57,531 nucleotides of DNA from an uncultured Candidatus Saccharibacteria bacterium (GCA_964419835.1 CAYQPT010000001.1:10367-67897), one strand, 5' to 3'. Shown: positions 27,475-37,794, numbered from the stretch's first letter. Notes: generated by a model not told the origin, from the letters alone. Program-made: numbers and translations.

Positions 27475-28431
27475 TTAATTTTCCAAGATCTTAAACCCTT
27501 CACCAATAGCATCGCAAAGAAAATCTTCCAATAAAGACTGATCGTTTTCAGTTTGAGCTTTATTTAAATATCGTAAATAAAGAATTTTTTTATCTTGTTT
27601 AATTACTGCCGGTGGCAAATTTTTTCGCAAAACCATTGCTCCTATAATGAGCCGTCCAATTCGGCCATTGCCATCAACAAAGGGGTGAATTTTTTCGAAT
27701 CTGGCATGAATCCCTGCCACATGGGCTACTGTATCAGCACGTTTTTTATTGATATCGAAAACTAACTTTTCCATTAGTTCCGGAACTTTTAAATAATTGG
27801 CAGTTGGCACATTGGCACCAACAATTCTAACTCCATACTTACGATAGTTTCCAGCATCAATATTAATACTGTTTAAAAGAATGCTGTGTAATTTCAAAAT
27901 TAACTCTTCGCTGATTATTTTGGATTTTTTAAGATAATTAAAAAGATAAACCAAAGCTGTCTGATGATTTTTTGCTTCTAATTGTTCAACCATGGGCTTA
28001 TTGGCAATAGAGGCCCCTTCAAAAAGAATAGCGGCCGTCTCTCCCTCGGACAAAGAACTGCCTTCAATATTATTGGTATGATAAGTTAATTCAAGTAAAA
28101 ATTGATCAAATACCTTTTTATTATTTATGATTGCAGTAATAACATCACCATATTTTTTTGCCTTAGCAAAAATAATTTGCTTTTTAACAACTAATTCGCT
28201 CGAAGGAATTTTCTTTGTACCGCTAATGGTTAAGTATAAATCGTTGATTGCGGATAAAATTTTTTGTCGAGGAATAGATTTGTTATTTATAATACTATTT
28301 AAAGCGACAAAAGAAATGCCGATTTTAGCAGCTATTTCCGTTTGAGTCATATTGGATATTTTTTGAATTATTTTTAATTTATCGCTTGTATCCATATTTT
28401 TAATTTTATATAACTTTATAAAGTTTGTCAA
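27475..28431 (-). CDS. Fic-family protein with N-terminal HTH
   Basis: Fic motif HPFVDGNGRIGR. N-terminal MTQTEIAAKIGISFVALNSI HTH. Confidence 0.85.
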   Translation of the reverse strand: MTNFIKLYKIKNMDTSDKLKIIQKISNMTQTEIAAKIGISFVALNSIINNKSIPRQKILSAINDLYLTISGTKKIPSSELVVKKQIIFAKAKKYGDVITAIINNKKVFDQFLLELTYHTNNIEGSSLSEGETAAILFEGASIANKPMVEQLEAKNHQTALVYLFNYLKKSKIISEELILKLHSILLNSINIDAGNYRKYGVRIVGANVPTANYLKVPELMEKLVFDINKKRADTVAHVAGIHARFEKIHPFVDGNGRIGRLIIGAMVLRKNLPPAVIKQDKKILYLRYLNKAQTENDQSLLEDFLCDAIGEGFKILEN

Positions 28432-28467
28432 TATTAATATATTATTATAAAGTTTGTAGATATTAAA

Positions 28468-30837
28468 TTACCTCTTAACCACTCCTTTAACCTTCTTCCA
28501 CAGGTCTCCGAAGAAGCGAATGATGGGGTTCTGTTTCTTTTGGCTTGTGTCAGAAGCAACAGATGTAGAAGTAGATGAGGAAGTGGTAGATGGTTGGACG
28601 GTAGTTTCTTTAGTAGTGATATTGGAGGTTGAGGATACTCCTTCAGGCGTATTGGTGTTAGTTGGTTCAGTGGAGGTTGTAGCAGTAGATGGGTTGGCAG
28701 CAGGAACATCTACCGGTGTTGGGACAGGTGGCTCTGTGGAGGCATTAGGAGTAGCAGTTGGGGTAGCAGCTGGTGTTTCTACTGTGGTTTTAGAGGAGGT
28801 ATCGGTTGGTATTGTGACAGGTGGATTATTGAATGTTCCTCCTGCTCCGGCATTGACCGTTACTTGATAGGTTAGTGTAATGGTGTCTCCGGCTACTGCC
28901 GCAGGTACCATTGTTCCAAAGTTCCAGGTTGGAATACCATTGTCTAATGTATATGCATCATCACCTGAATCTTCAGTGACAGGAGTAGCAGTACCGTCTC
29001 CAATCTTGATGGTGGCATGATCGGGTAGGTAGCTAGTGTTGGCTAATACTGGATCAGTTACCACTAGATTATGCATGGCATTGGGAGATACATTCTTCAT
29101 TGTTAATGTAACAGTAACAGTGTCTCCCGATACCACCTCTGTTTTGTCTACTGACTTGGTGAGGGAGAGTTCTTTGTCTACCGTTGGATCGTAGAAAGTG
29201 GCGACATCAACAAGGTTCAAGTTATCTGTTAGGTAGATGGTTCCATTGCGAACGGCTACTTGATGAGTGCTGTACCCAAGCGCTGAAAGAAAAGTAGGTG
29301 CCGCAGTCATTTCGTTGATCTTAAAAACATTAACACCTGTTCTGGGGCTATTCCCATTGTTGCCTGCAACAAACACATAGCCACCGTAAACTTGGACTCC
29401 TGCTGCAAGGCCGCTGGTAGGCGCTGTCCTAATCAAGGATGGCTGAGAAGGTGCTGAAACATTAACCTGACTCAGACCGGAATGGGCATTTGCAACCCAA
29501 GCCGTACTTCCGGCCAAATCCACATCGATACCACCGCCTGTGCCGTTATACAGTGGAAGATCTACACGGCCAAGATAAGCTGGATGATCCGGATCAGATA
29601 TGTTTAGTGTAACAAGTCCATTCGTTCCGTCAGCTACAGCCGCAAGTGCGCCCTCAACATCGACGGAGCATGCTGTTCCGTCTGTATCATACACACTGCG
29701 CTGAATCGGATTAAGCGGGTCGGACACATCAACAATAACTATCCCTGCTGCCCCGCAAGCAACATATGCGTGGCTACCAACAACATTGAGATGATTGCAA
29801 GTGCCCGGAAGATTGATGGTTTTTACTGCGGCTGGCAGGATTGGGTCAATGACTTTTAGTATCCCTGTTGATCCATCGGTTATGAAAGCGTACTCTTTCC
29901 CCCCGATTGCCGAGGCGGCCACTGAATAGGGCGTAACCCCTACAATACTAGACACATATTGTGGCAACTGGCCGCGGGTGTTTGAAATAGAATAGATGCT
30001 TAGGCGACCACTTGAAGCAGTATATAGATAGTTGTCTGTCACAGCAACATCGTACACTCCATAAATTTGAGGAAAGCCGTTGTTAGAATCCTTCGGAAAC
30101 TGATCCAGTGAGACATGCCCAAGCCACGCCGGATTAAGAGGAACTTGGAGCGCCGGATTATTGTACTCCACAATGTTTGAATAATCTGAGTAAGTCTTGG
30201 TTGGGGTGCTGATGACGGATCGGGCTTGGTATTGGCAATTTTCGTCTGGATAGCAGGTGGAAGGAAAGGAGACAATGCCGTTTGCTCCTTTGGGAAGATA
30301 TGCCAACTCTTGCCAGTCTAAGTACTGGGTTTTCTTTTCTAGCGAGACATAATCATTTAGGAAAGTGGTGCTGGTAATACGTATAGTTTGGTTATTCTCA
30401 GCTAAGGCAATGGTGGGAGGAGTCATGGCAAAAGTAATAGTATTGTCGGCATCAACTTTATTGGACGTTCCTTGCAAGTTGTAAGATGAAACAGCAAATA
30501 GGTAAGAGTGGCTAGAATCACAAACAAGAGGAACTGCAGGTGAACCAATAGAATCTATGGAGATGTTTCTGATACCGGTACTAAAAAACATTCCGGAGGT
30601 TTTAAAAGTATCTGTGTAGGATCCATCTTGGTTTTTGAGATAGAACTTAAATCCCCACTCATCCATCGAGTTATCCATCCACGAAACTGTAATCGAACAA
30701 GAAGAAGTTGAAGCATTCGAGTGAACATTTGTCGGAGCAGCAGGTCCGGCTGCTTTGACTGGAGAAACTGAGAAGATGTTTAAACTAATTGCCAGTCCAA
30801 GCAGGATTGTTAGGAATTTTGATTGTTTTGATTTCAT
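28468..30837 (-). CDS. secreted surface protein, paralogue of 24694-27438 (FN3, LVIVD propeller, DUF11-like, S/T/P-rich tail)
   Basis: Start set at MKSKQSK by analogy with the paralogue (RBS CCGGAGGGCACAATG). About 330 aa are identical to the paralogue. Confidence 0.8.
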   Translation of the reverse strand: MKSKQSKFLTILLGLAISLNIFSVSPVKAAGPAAPTNVHSNASTSSCSITVSWMDNSMDEWGFKFYLKNQDGSYTDTFKTSGMFFSTGIRNISIDSIGSPAVPLVCDSSHSYLFAVSSYNLQGTSNKVDADNTITFAMTPPTIALAENNQTIRITSTTFLNDYVSLEKKTQYLDWQELAYLPKGANGIVSFPSTCYPDENCQYQARSVISTPTKTYSDYSNIVEYNNPALQVPLNPAWLGHVSLDQFPKDSNNGFPQIYGVYDVAVTDNYLYTASSGRLSIYSISNTRGQLPQYVSSIVGVTPYSVAASAIGGKEYAFITDGSTGILKVIDPILPAAVKTINLPGTCNHLNVVGSHAYVACGAAGIVIVDVSDPLNPIQRSVYDTDGTACSVDVEGALAAVADGTNGLVTLNISDPDHPAYLGRVDLPLYNGTGGGIDVDLAGSTAWVANAHSGLSQVNVSAPSQPSLIRTAPTSGLAAGVQVYGGYVFVAGNNGNSPRTGVNVFKINEMTAAPTFLSALGYSTHQVAVRNGTIYLTDNLNLVDVATFYDPTVDKELSLTKSVDKTEVVSGDTVTVTLTMKNVSPNAMHNLVVTDPVLANTSYLPDHATIKIGDGTATPVTEDSGDDAYTLDNGIPTWNFGTMVPAAVAGDTITLTYQVTVNAGAGGTFNNPPVTIPTDTSSKTTVETPAATPTATPNASTEPPVPTPVDVPAANPSTATTSTEPTNTNTPEGVSSTSNITTKETTVQPSTTSSSTSTSVASDTSQKKQNPIIRFFGDLWKKVKGVVKR
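29161..30129. repeat. second copy of the 969-bp identical block
   Basis: See 25441-26409. Confidence 0.95.
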
Positions 30838-30926
30838 TGTGCCCTCCGGCTTTGACAAGATAATAGTTAAATTGCCAAATTGCTAAATTGTTGGATAGCT
30901 GGATAGTTAAATTATTGAATAGTCTG

Positions 30927-30989
30927 AACGGCTCAATGTTCACCCCGTGAAATGTGAAGACTATTTCACTCTTGGGGGATTGAGCCGTT
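30927..30989. promoter_or_regulatory. 63-nt nested imperfect hairpin between two minus-strand genes
   Basis: Outer 11-bp stem AACGGCTCAAT/ATTGAGCCGTT, middle CCCC/GGGG, inner GTGAAAT/ATTTCAC. No T-run on either strand. Confidence 0.35.
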
Positions 30990-31003
30990 AAAGTATTTAC
31001 GAT

Positions 31004-31600
31004 TTAATTTGTGGAAGCCCATTTGCAGATGGTGTAGGTGCAAGACAGATTGTCTCCGTCTGTTCCGCCATCGACGGAAACAAAGATTGCATTGGCGCCG
31101 GTGTTTCTGTCGGCATCAACAGCCGGATAGTAGTAGCTGTAACCGTTCGCTCCGCCTGCGAGACTTGGATATTTCTCTGCGTTTAGGCGAGCTTTGGCAG
31201 TCGGGTCTGCAATATTGGTTGTGTTACAAACAGGTTGAGTCCCGTTGTTCATGGCTGTGATACGGGCGGCATTGGCAGGAGTATCGTAGTCTTCAGGTGT
31301 AACAAAGACTGAGCCGCCTGATGTGCGGCAATCCTGGGCAACTGACAGAACATGATCCATTTGGGTTTTGACAGCTACTTTGGGATCGACCGGGTTAGTA
31401 ATGTCTAGAGTGATAGCGTTACTGTCAACACTCACAACCGTACCTGTACTGTCATTGTACGAGACAGAAGCGGCGTTGGTCAGATTGTTGACCGTGTCGG
31501 CTTTAAAGCCGTGTTTAATCATTAAAAATGCACCTCCGGCGAGTAAGAGTACAAGAAGAGATGATGCCGCAATTAGACGGATCTTGGTTTGCTTGAACAT
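31004..31600 (-). CDS. hypothetical secreted/anchored protein
   Basis: Start set at MFKQTKIRL (GGAGG RBS). N-terminal hydrophobic anchor. Confidence 0.55.
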   Translation of the reverse strand: MFKQTKIRLIAASSLLVLLLAGGAFLMIKHGFKADTVNNLTNAASVSYNDSTGTVVSVDSNAITLDITNPVDPKVAVKTQMDHVLSVAQDCRTSGGSVFVTPEDYDTPANAARITAMNNGTQPVCNTTNIADPTAKARLNAEKYPSLAGGANGYSYYYPAVDADRNTGANAIFVSVDGGTDGDNLSCTYTICKWASTN

Positions 31601-31778
31601 AGAGACCTCCATTAAGTTAATCTTTGTTATTTATAGTATATAACGGGATAAATTAAAAAGCAAAATCTAAAAACAACTTGCTATATATGAGAGATGAAAA
31701 ATCAGAAAGTTTTCCACAGGATAATATTCCCATTTTTTGTCCTCTGGTTTTATGTTATGCTCTAAAAAAAGGAATAAA

Positions 31779-32675
31779 ATGATCAATATTATCACAGATG
31801 CATTGATTGATTCACTCAAAATGGTTCCCCTTTTACTTTTAATTTATATTGCAATTGAGTTTATTGAATACAATTACGGTAAAAAGTTGAACGAAAAGGT
31901 TAAAAAAGCAGGAAATGCCGGTCCGGCAATCGGCTCTTTAGTGGGAGCCGTGCCTCAATGCGGTTTTTCCGTTATTTCCTCAGCTCTCTACTCTCAGAAG
32001 CTGATAACCATCGGCACATTGCTTGCCGTTTACATCTCCACCTCAGATGAAGCAATCCCCATAATCCTATCCCAACCCGACAAGATTAATATTATATTAC
32101 CGCTCATTATAACAAAAGTTGCTTTGGCGTTGGTCATCGGTTATATAGTTGATCTTATTTTTCGTAAATCGAATAAAAAAATATTAAGTCACATTGAAAG
32201 ATTTGACCGCGATGAATGCCACCATGGTCATGAAGTTGATGAAGTTGCCTGTTGCGGACACGAACTCTCCAACAAGCCAAACATTAGAGAAATGTTTCTA
32301 CATCCCTTTATTCATACAGCCAAGGTTTTTATTTTTATTTTTGCTGTTTCACTGTTAATTAATTACGCTTTTTTTAAACTCGGAGAAGAAAACCTATCAA
32401 AGCTTTTTTTAAGTAATTCTATCCTTCAGCCGTTCATCGCTGCGCTTGTTGGCCTGATACCAAATTGCGCTGCTTCCGTCGCAATTACAGAACTTTACCT
32501 AAAAGGTGCAATTGGATACGGCTCCGCTATTGCCGGTCTCTCTGCCGGCGCCGGACTCGGACTTTTGGTCCTGTTTAAGGAGAACAAAAATTTAAAAAAT
32601 ACACTGACAATTCTTGGTCTGCTTTTGTTTTTCAGTATACTTGCAGGAGTCCTGATCCAATATTTTTATTACTAA
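31779..32675 (+). CDS. putative 10-TM metal exporter (ArsP_2-like) with Cys/His-rich loop
   Basis: GAVPQCGFSV and LIPNCAASV paired motifs. CHHGHEVDEVACCGHE loop. Start set at MINIITDAL. Confidence 0.5.
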   Translation: MINIITDALIDSLKMVPLLLLIYIAIEFIEYNYGKKLNEKVKKAGNAGPAIGSLVGAVPQCGFSVISSALYSQKLITIGTLLAVYISTSDEAIPIILSQPDKINIILPLIITKVALALVIGYIVDLIFRKSNKKILSHIERFDRDECHHGHEVDEVACCGHELSNKPNIREMFLHPFIHTAKVFIFIFAVSLLINYAFFKLGEENLSKLFLSNSILQPFIAALVGLIPNCAASVAITELYLKGAIGYGSAIAGLSAGAGLGLLVLFKENKNLKNTLTILGLLLFFSILAGVLIQYFYY

Positions 32676-32688
32676 TAGCAACTATTGA

Positions 32689-33360
32689 TTATGCACCTAT
32701 CCGAAAAGGATTGAAGTCTGTTTTAGTATCGAAGTAGTCCTCTTGTTCTTTTTTCTTCAGCTTATTTACAATCAAATACGTCAATGGAGTGAATAGCACT
32801 TCAACGGCCGTCTTGAAGATGTAATTGAATACTATAAGATCAAATAATAATTCTCCCGAAACGATGCCCGCAAAGGCAATTGTAACAAATATTAAACTGT
32901 CTAAAAGCTCGCCAACTAAAGTTGAGCCAATTGTTCTACTCCAGAGCCATTTCCCTTTGGTTAAAGTTTTCATTTTTGCAAGGATAAAGGAATTGGAAAA
33001 TTCACCGACAAAATAAGCAATCAAACTCGCCAAAACAATCCTTGGAGTTTGGCCCAATATCTTCATATAGGCGTCTTGGTTTTCCCAGCCGGTTGCAGAA
33101 GGCAGGAAGCCGACTAGACCGAAAACCAAAGACATTAAAATACAGCTTAAAAACCCTAGCCAGATTACTTTGCGCGATCTTTTATAGCCATATACCTCCG
33201 TCAAAATATCACCAAAGATATAGGTAAGTGGAAAAAGGAGCGTACCCCCATCCAACGACATGAAACCTACCTTGGCAATTTTTGTTGAGGCAATGTTTGA
33301 AATGAGCAATGCCGCCACAAAAAAGACGGTAATAATATCGAGATACTTAAAATTCTTCAT
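32689..33360 (-). CDS. yhhQ: queuosine-precursor transporter (YhhQ/DUF165, VUT family)
   Basis: FPLTYIFGDILTEVYGY motif, about 6 TM, 223 aa. Confidence 0.7.
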   Translation of the reverse strand: MKNFKYLDIITVFFVAALLISNIASTKIAKVGFMSLDGGTLLFPLTYIFGDILTEVYGYKRSRKVIWLGFLSCILMSLVFGLVGFLPSATGWENQDAYMKILGQTPRIVLASLIAYFVGEFSNSFILAKMKTLTKGKWLWSRTIGSTLVGELLDSLIFVTIAFAGIVSGELLFDLIVFNYIFKTAVEVLFTPLTYLIVNKLKKKEQEDYFDTKTDFNPFRIGA

Positions 33361-33451
33361 TAGAGAAATGTACCAGAAATCGGAAATAAATTAAAGCGCC
33401 TTTTTACCGACGAAAAGAATATTGGTTTCATTAAGCACGAATTTTTATTAA

Positions 33452-34693
33452 CTAAGATCCGTTTTTGACACTAAAAGGAAAAGGTTTTCCGCCGTATATT
33501 TGGAATTTTTGCGCATTTGCTTCGGATTTGGTTGCGAATGGGTATCCGCCAATATTAATCTCTTTTTTATTGCCACTGGCATCAACGACATAAACTCTTC
33601 TAATCGGACTGGGACTTATGGCACTAAAAGTTAAAAAGTAGCGGTTAAATGTAGTTTTCTTTTTAGTAAGCGAGCTGGTCTTAACCTGAGGAATGTTCAC
33701 CACGCCAAACACAAACTTCGCGGAACCTTCAGAGTTTGCCGTAATCTCCACTTCGCTTGTTTTTAAATCACTACCACTGGATCCCCCACAGCCACCCTTC
33801 GTGCACTCTTTATACAGAACCATAAGCTTGACCGGTCCTTTTGAGCTCTGACCACTAACTGCATCTTTGAGTTGAAGTGTCAGGACTTTGGTCATATTAA
33901 TTACTTCTGGCGGAAGGATTTCGGAAAAAGTCATTTTTTCTTTTGTTGTTTGTTTTGTATTCACCGTCACCGGTTTTTTCTTGACCATGCTGGTTACTTT
34001 TTTCACAGCAGACTTTGCTTTCTGTGCAGTTGTTTGCTTGGGTGGATCCTTTACTGCCATGTTGGGAAGATTGGTTAAAGTATCGGTAATTACAACCGAG
34101 TTTAACATTCCTATTGTGAACTTGTTATATCTGCCGTCTTCAGGTATCTTCTTTAGCATCTTTGGGAAAAGATATCTCTGTCTGGAAAATTTTCCATTCG
34201 CATAATCAATATAAACTTTCTTAACGGGCTGATTGTTGGCACATACAAAATAAACATCAGTTTTTCTGGCAATGGTCACAACTGAACCGACACTTTTAAT
34301 CGTGGCCTTACATACATCCATCTCCCAATAAACATCACCATATAAGTTCGTTGATGCTGTCATCTTTCCAATTATGTTCAACTTTGATCCGTCTCCACTT
34401 GCAGAGAAATGGACATCCTTCCCAGCTATTCCGACCGAACTTTTATTATATTTAATTGTTACTTTAAGCGCAGCTTTTTTGCCGGTATTAGTTATAGTCG
34501 CGTTGGCTGCACCTCCCGGCGCGGTAATAATGCTTGAAGCTGAAAATTTTGCTGTAGCAATGTAAGTCGAGGCGGCAATTGCCAAGCAGATGCCCAAGGC
34601 AACACTTAGTGATTTGCGGTTATTAAGAAACTTTAAAAGAGAACTTTTTGTTTTCTTTGCTCTTTGGCTTTTTTTACTCATTTTTCCCCTCAA
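33452..34693 (-). CDS. hypothetical secreted protein
   Basis: Basic N-terminus plus TM/signal anchor. Lys-rich linker. Confidence 0.55.
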   Translation of the reverse strand: MRGKMSKKSQRAKKTKSSLLKFLNNRKSLSVALGICLAIAASTYIATAKFSASSIITAPGGAANATITNTGKKAALKVTIKYNKSSVGIAGKDVHFSASGDGSKLNIIGKMTASTNLYGDVYWEMDVCKATIKSVGSVVTIARKTDVYFVCANNQPVKKVYIDYANGKFSRQRYLFPKMLKKIPEDGRYNKFTIGMLNSVVITDTLTNLPNMAVKDPPKQTTAQKAKSAVKKVTSMVKKKPVTVNTKQTTKEKMTFSEILPPEVINMTKVLTLQLKDAVSGQSSKGPVKLMVLYKECTKGGCGGSSGSDLKTSEVEITANSEGSAKFVFGVVNIPQVKTSSLTKKKTTFNRYFLTFSAISPSPIRRVYVVDASGNKKEINIGGYPFATKSEANAQKFQIYGGKPFPFSVKNGS

Positions 34694-34707
34694 TCATATT
34701 ATTTTTG

Positions 34708-35949
34708 TTATTTTCCTAATACTTTGGCCAACCAAGAACTTACCTTCTTCATTAAGTCATTTGAATTTGAAGTCGACTTTATGCTCGTTGAACTATTGCT
34801 CGAAGGGGTGTTTGTGGTCTTTTTTGAATCTACGCTGTTGGTAGTAGACGCCGGAGCAACAGAACTATTACCAGTCTTTAATGATGGATTTTTAGCTAGA
34901 TATTTTCGGATATTATCATCTAGTAAATTTAGCTGCCCCTTAAAGTAACTCTCGGCCTGAAAATCCTGGCTCCCTTTAAATGGATAGGTCAGATATATAT
35001 GAGCGATTATTTTACGATTTTTTTTCGTACTATCCGTATATTTCCACACAAAAATCTTTTTAACAAACATTGGAGAGCTATCTTTGGTATATTTCAGATA
35101 GTAATAGTAGGGGACTTTCTTATTTCCACTAGGAGCTTTGCTGAAATTGACTTCAATTTTCGAATAAGGAAGACGCCATTCCGTGTTTACAACCTTGTTC
35201 TTTTTTGGATCTTTTATTGTGCCAACCACAGTCATCCCCAAATCGGCCGACTGAGTATCTATACTATAACTAGTGTTGCCTATGTTGCTTATCTGTGATG
35301 GATTAAGCAGCGGACTGTCAGTTGAGTTTGGTTTGGAAGAGGCAGCACTCGGTGATTTTGGCTCCTTAAAGGTAAAAGAGCCGCTTTTACCGCTCACATT
35401 AATAAAACTTTTGTATTGGTCAGGTGTGAATCCCTTAGAAAAAAGAGAATTTTTGATCACCTTATCAGGGAATCCATCAACCTTTATGACTAGGTCTCCA
35501 ACAAAAATAGCGCTGCCATTCCCAAGGAAAAACTTGGTTGAATTGTTAACAGTCGCCAAACAGTAGGGGACTCGGAGTTCTATCTTTCCTCTTGAATCAG
35601 TAAGTCCTTCTGCAATAACACCACTGCCACTTGCTTGGCTTGTGCTCAAATTCTTCACATAGGTTGTACTCACAGAGACACTTTTACCAACTGATGGCTT
35701 GCCGTCACTTGTTAAAACTTCTATTTCATAAGCCCGTTGTGAAAGGCCAGTATGCAAACCAGTCGTAGGATTAGTGTCTTGTGAGTATGTTCCGAGAGTA
35801 CATTCGGTTGGACCGGCAAGTGCATCATCTGCAGACAAACGCGCAAATAAAGCCCAGACGATTATAAAAACTATTATTATGAATAAAACAATTGATCCAA
35901 ATATAAATTTTGGATTCGACAATACGGTCTTTCTGCCTCCCTTTTTCAT
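34708..35949 (-). CDS. hypothetical secreted protein with S/T-rich tail and basic aromatic C-terminus
   Basis: N-terminal TM anchor. C-terminus is ...SNSNDLMKKVSSWLAKVLGK. Confidence 0.55.
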   Translation of the reverse strand: MKKGGRKTVLSNPKFIFGSIVLFIIIVFIIVWALFARLSADDALAGPTECTLGTYSQDTNPTTGLHTGLSQRAYEIEVLTSDGKPSVGKSVSVSTTYVKNLSTSQASGSGVIAEGLTDSRGKIELRVPYCLATVNNSTKFFLGNGSAIFVGDLVIKVDGFPDKVIKNSLFSKGFTPDQYKSFINVSGKSGSFTFKEPKSPSAASSKPNSTDSPLLNPSQISNIGNTSYSIDTQSADLGMTVVGTIKDPKKNKVVNTEWRLPYSKIEVNFSKAPSGNKKVPYYYYLKYTKDSSPMFVKKIFVWKYTDSTKKNRKIIAHIYLTYPFKGSQDFQAESYFKGQLNLLDDNIRKYLAKNPSLKTGNSSVAPASTTNSVDSKKTTNTPSSNSSTSIKSTSNSNDLMKKVSSWLAKVLGK

Positions 35950-36089
35950 TTCTTCCCTCCGTTTTAGATCTAGAAAAACTTGGCAAGACGATTCCGCTCA
36001 AAAAACATTTGCCAATACAGGTTTATTGTACCACTTTCTAGCCAATTATGTAAATTTATGGTAGATTAAATTGTTGATAACTGAAATAA

Positions 36090-37088
36090 ATGAAACATAT
36101 TCCTGTATTAAAAAAAGAAATCATAGAGCAGTTTGGATACCTTAAAAACAAAGGTGGTTATTTTGTTGACGGGACGCTGGGAGCGGGAGGACACTCGCTT
36201 GCTATCGCAAGCAGAATTAAGAATAAAGCCATGCCTACCGGCAGGCAGGAATTAAGAATTAAGCTCATAGGCATTGATAAAGACGAAATGGCTCTCGATA
36301 TTGCAAAAGAGAGAATAGAAAAAGCCGACCTAAAAAACAATTTTATTTTTGTGCATGATGATTTTAAAAACATCAAACACATTTTGGAAGAGAAGATCCC
36401 TCGATTCCGCTCGGGACGACCTTGTCGAATTAACGGCGCGCTTATCGACTTAGGTGTTTCTTCTATGCAGCTCGACGACAAAGAAAGAGGGTTCTCTTTT
36501 TCTGACCTTGAAGTAAAACTGGATATGCGCATGGACCGGACTCAGGAACTTGGTGCTTTCGATGTCGTTAATTATTATCAAGCCGAAAAATTAGAAAAAA
36601 TATTTAGAGAATATGGGGAAGAAAAATTTTACAAATATATTACAAGAAATATTTGCAGAGCCAGAAAAGAAGCGCCGATTGAAAAAGTAAGTGAGCTTCT
36701 GGCCATTCTAGAGAAATCTATTCCACCAAAGGTGATCGCTACAAGCAAGAAACATTTCGCAACTAATGTCTTCCGCGCACTTCGGATTGAGGTAAATCAA
36801 GAATTAACTGGACTTGATAAGGCGCTGATGGATTTTATTGATATTTTAGATACCGGAGCAAGATTAGCGGTCATTTCTTTTCACTCAACAGAGGACCGCA
36901 TTGTAAAGGAAACGTTTAGAAAAGCCGAGAAACCGTGCGTATGTCCCCCACTTGCACCGGTTTGTGCCTGTGGCAAAAAACCACTTGTTAAAATAATTAC
37001 CAAAAAGCCGATTGTTGCCAGCGAAGAAGAATTAAAAGAAAACCCACGGTCTCGAAGTGCAAAGTTGAGAGTGGTTGAGAAACTTTAG
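36090..37088 (+). CDS. rsmH: 16S rRNA (cytosine1402-N4)-methyltransferase RsmH
   Basis: HIPVL, DGTLGAGGHS, DLGVSSMQLD, SFHSTEDRIVK, NPRSRSAKLR. Confidence 0.9.
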   Translation: MKHIPVLKKEIIEQFGYLKNKGGYFVDGTLGAGGHSLAIASRIKNKAMPTGRQELRIKLIGIDKDEMALDIAKERIEKADLKNNFIFVHDDFKNIKHILEEKIPRFRSGRPCRINGALIDLGVSSMQLDDKERGFSFSDLEVKLDMRMDRTQELGAFDVVNYYQAEKLEKIFREYGEEKFYKYITRNICRARKEAPIEKVSELLAILEKSIPPKVIATSKKHFATNVFRALRIEVNQELTGLDKALMDFIDILDTGARLAVISFHSTEDRIVKETFRKAEKPCVCPPLAPVCACGKKPLVKIITKKPIVASEEELKENPRSRSAKLRVVEKL

Positions 37089-37232
37089 TAAATGACAAAA
37101 TCCTAATGTCTAATTTCAAATAAAAATCCAAAATCCAAATTATCCAAATTTTGACATTAAAATAATTTGGCATTTTATTAGAAATTAGGACTTAGAAATT
37201 AGAAATTATTTTGCGACGAGGTGATGAAATAA

Positions 37233-37790
37233 ATGAGCATAAATAATAAAAAACCGACATTACTCTTGCACTCATGTTGTGCTCCTTGTTCCACTTCCGT
37301 TTTCGAGCAGTTAAAAGAAGATTTTGAAGTGACGATTTTTTGGTTCAACCCAAACATCTATCCTCAGCCAGAATATGGCAAAAGATTAGTTGAAGTGGAA
37401 AGATACGCTAAAATAGTGAGCGCAAAAGTAATTAATGTCGAAAACTACAAAGATGAATCTTATTCATGGAATCAGCTAGTCAAAAACTATGTAAATGAGC
37501 CAGAAGGCGGAAAACGATGTGAACTATGTATTAAATATCGCCTTTTAAACACAGCCAAATATGCCAAGGAAAATGGTTTTGACTATTTTGCCACCACTCT
37601 TACAGTTTCGCCGCACAAAAATACTAAAACAATTAATGAGGTTGGCAAAGAAATTGGGGCAAAAATGGATATTGCCTTTTTTGATAAAGATTTCAAAAAA
37701 AATGACGGATATAAGCGTTCTATTGAAATATGTAAAAAGTTTAATATCTACAGACAAAGTTATTGTGGCTGTGAATTTAGTATAAATTGA
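37233..37790 (+). CDS. queH: epoxyqueuosine reductase QueH (DUF208)
   Basis: LLLHSCCAPCS N-terminal motif and C-terminal YCGCEFS. Confidence 0.8.
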   Translation: MSINNKKPTLLLHSCCAPCSTSVFEQLKEDFEVTIFWFNPNIYPQPEYGKRLVEVERYAKIVSAKVINVENYKDESYSWNQLVKNYVNEPEGGKRCELCIKYRLLNTAKYAKENGFDYFATTLTVSPHKNTKTINEVGKEIGAKMDIAFFDKDFKKNDGYKRSIEICKKFNIYRQSYCGCEFSIN

Positions 37791-37794
37791 ATGA

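Noticed and set aside
33452-35949. Two adjacent secreted proteins of exactly 413 aa each, checked as possible tandem paralogues
   Set aside because: The sequences show no recognisable similarity by eye. The equal length appears coincidental.
37089-37232. Short AT-rich tandem motifs (AAATCCAAAATCCAAATTATCCAAATT; TAGAAATTAGGACTTAGAAATTAGAAATTA) checked as possible CRISPR or iterons
   Set aside because: The units are about 8-10 nt, imperfect and contiguous, with no spacers. This is an ordinary low-complexity intergenic promoter region between rsmH and queH. No CRISPR array exists anywhere in the window.
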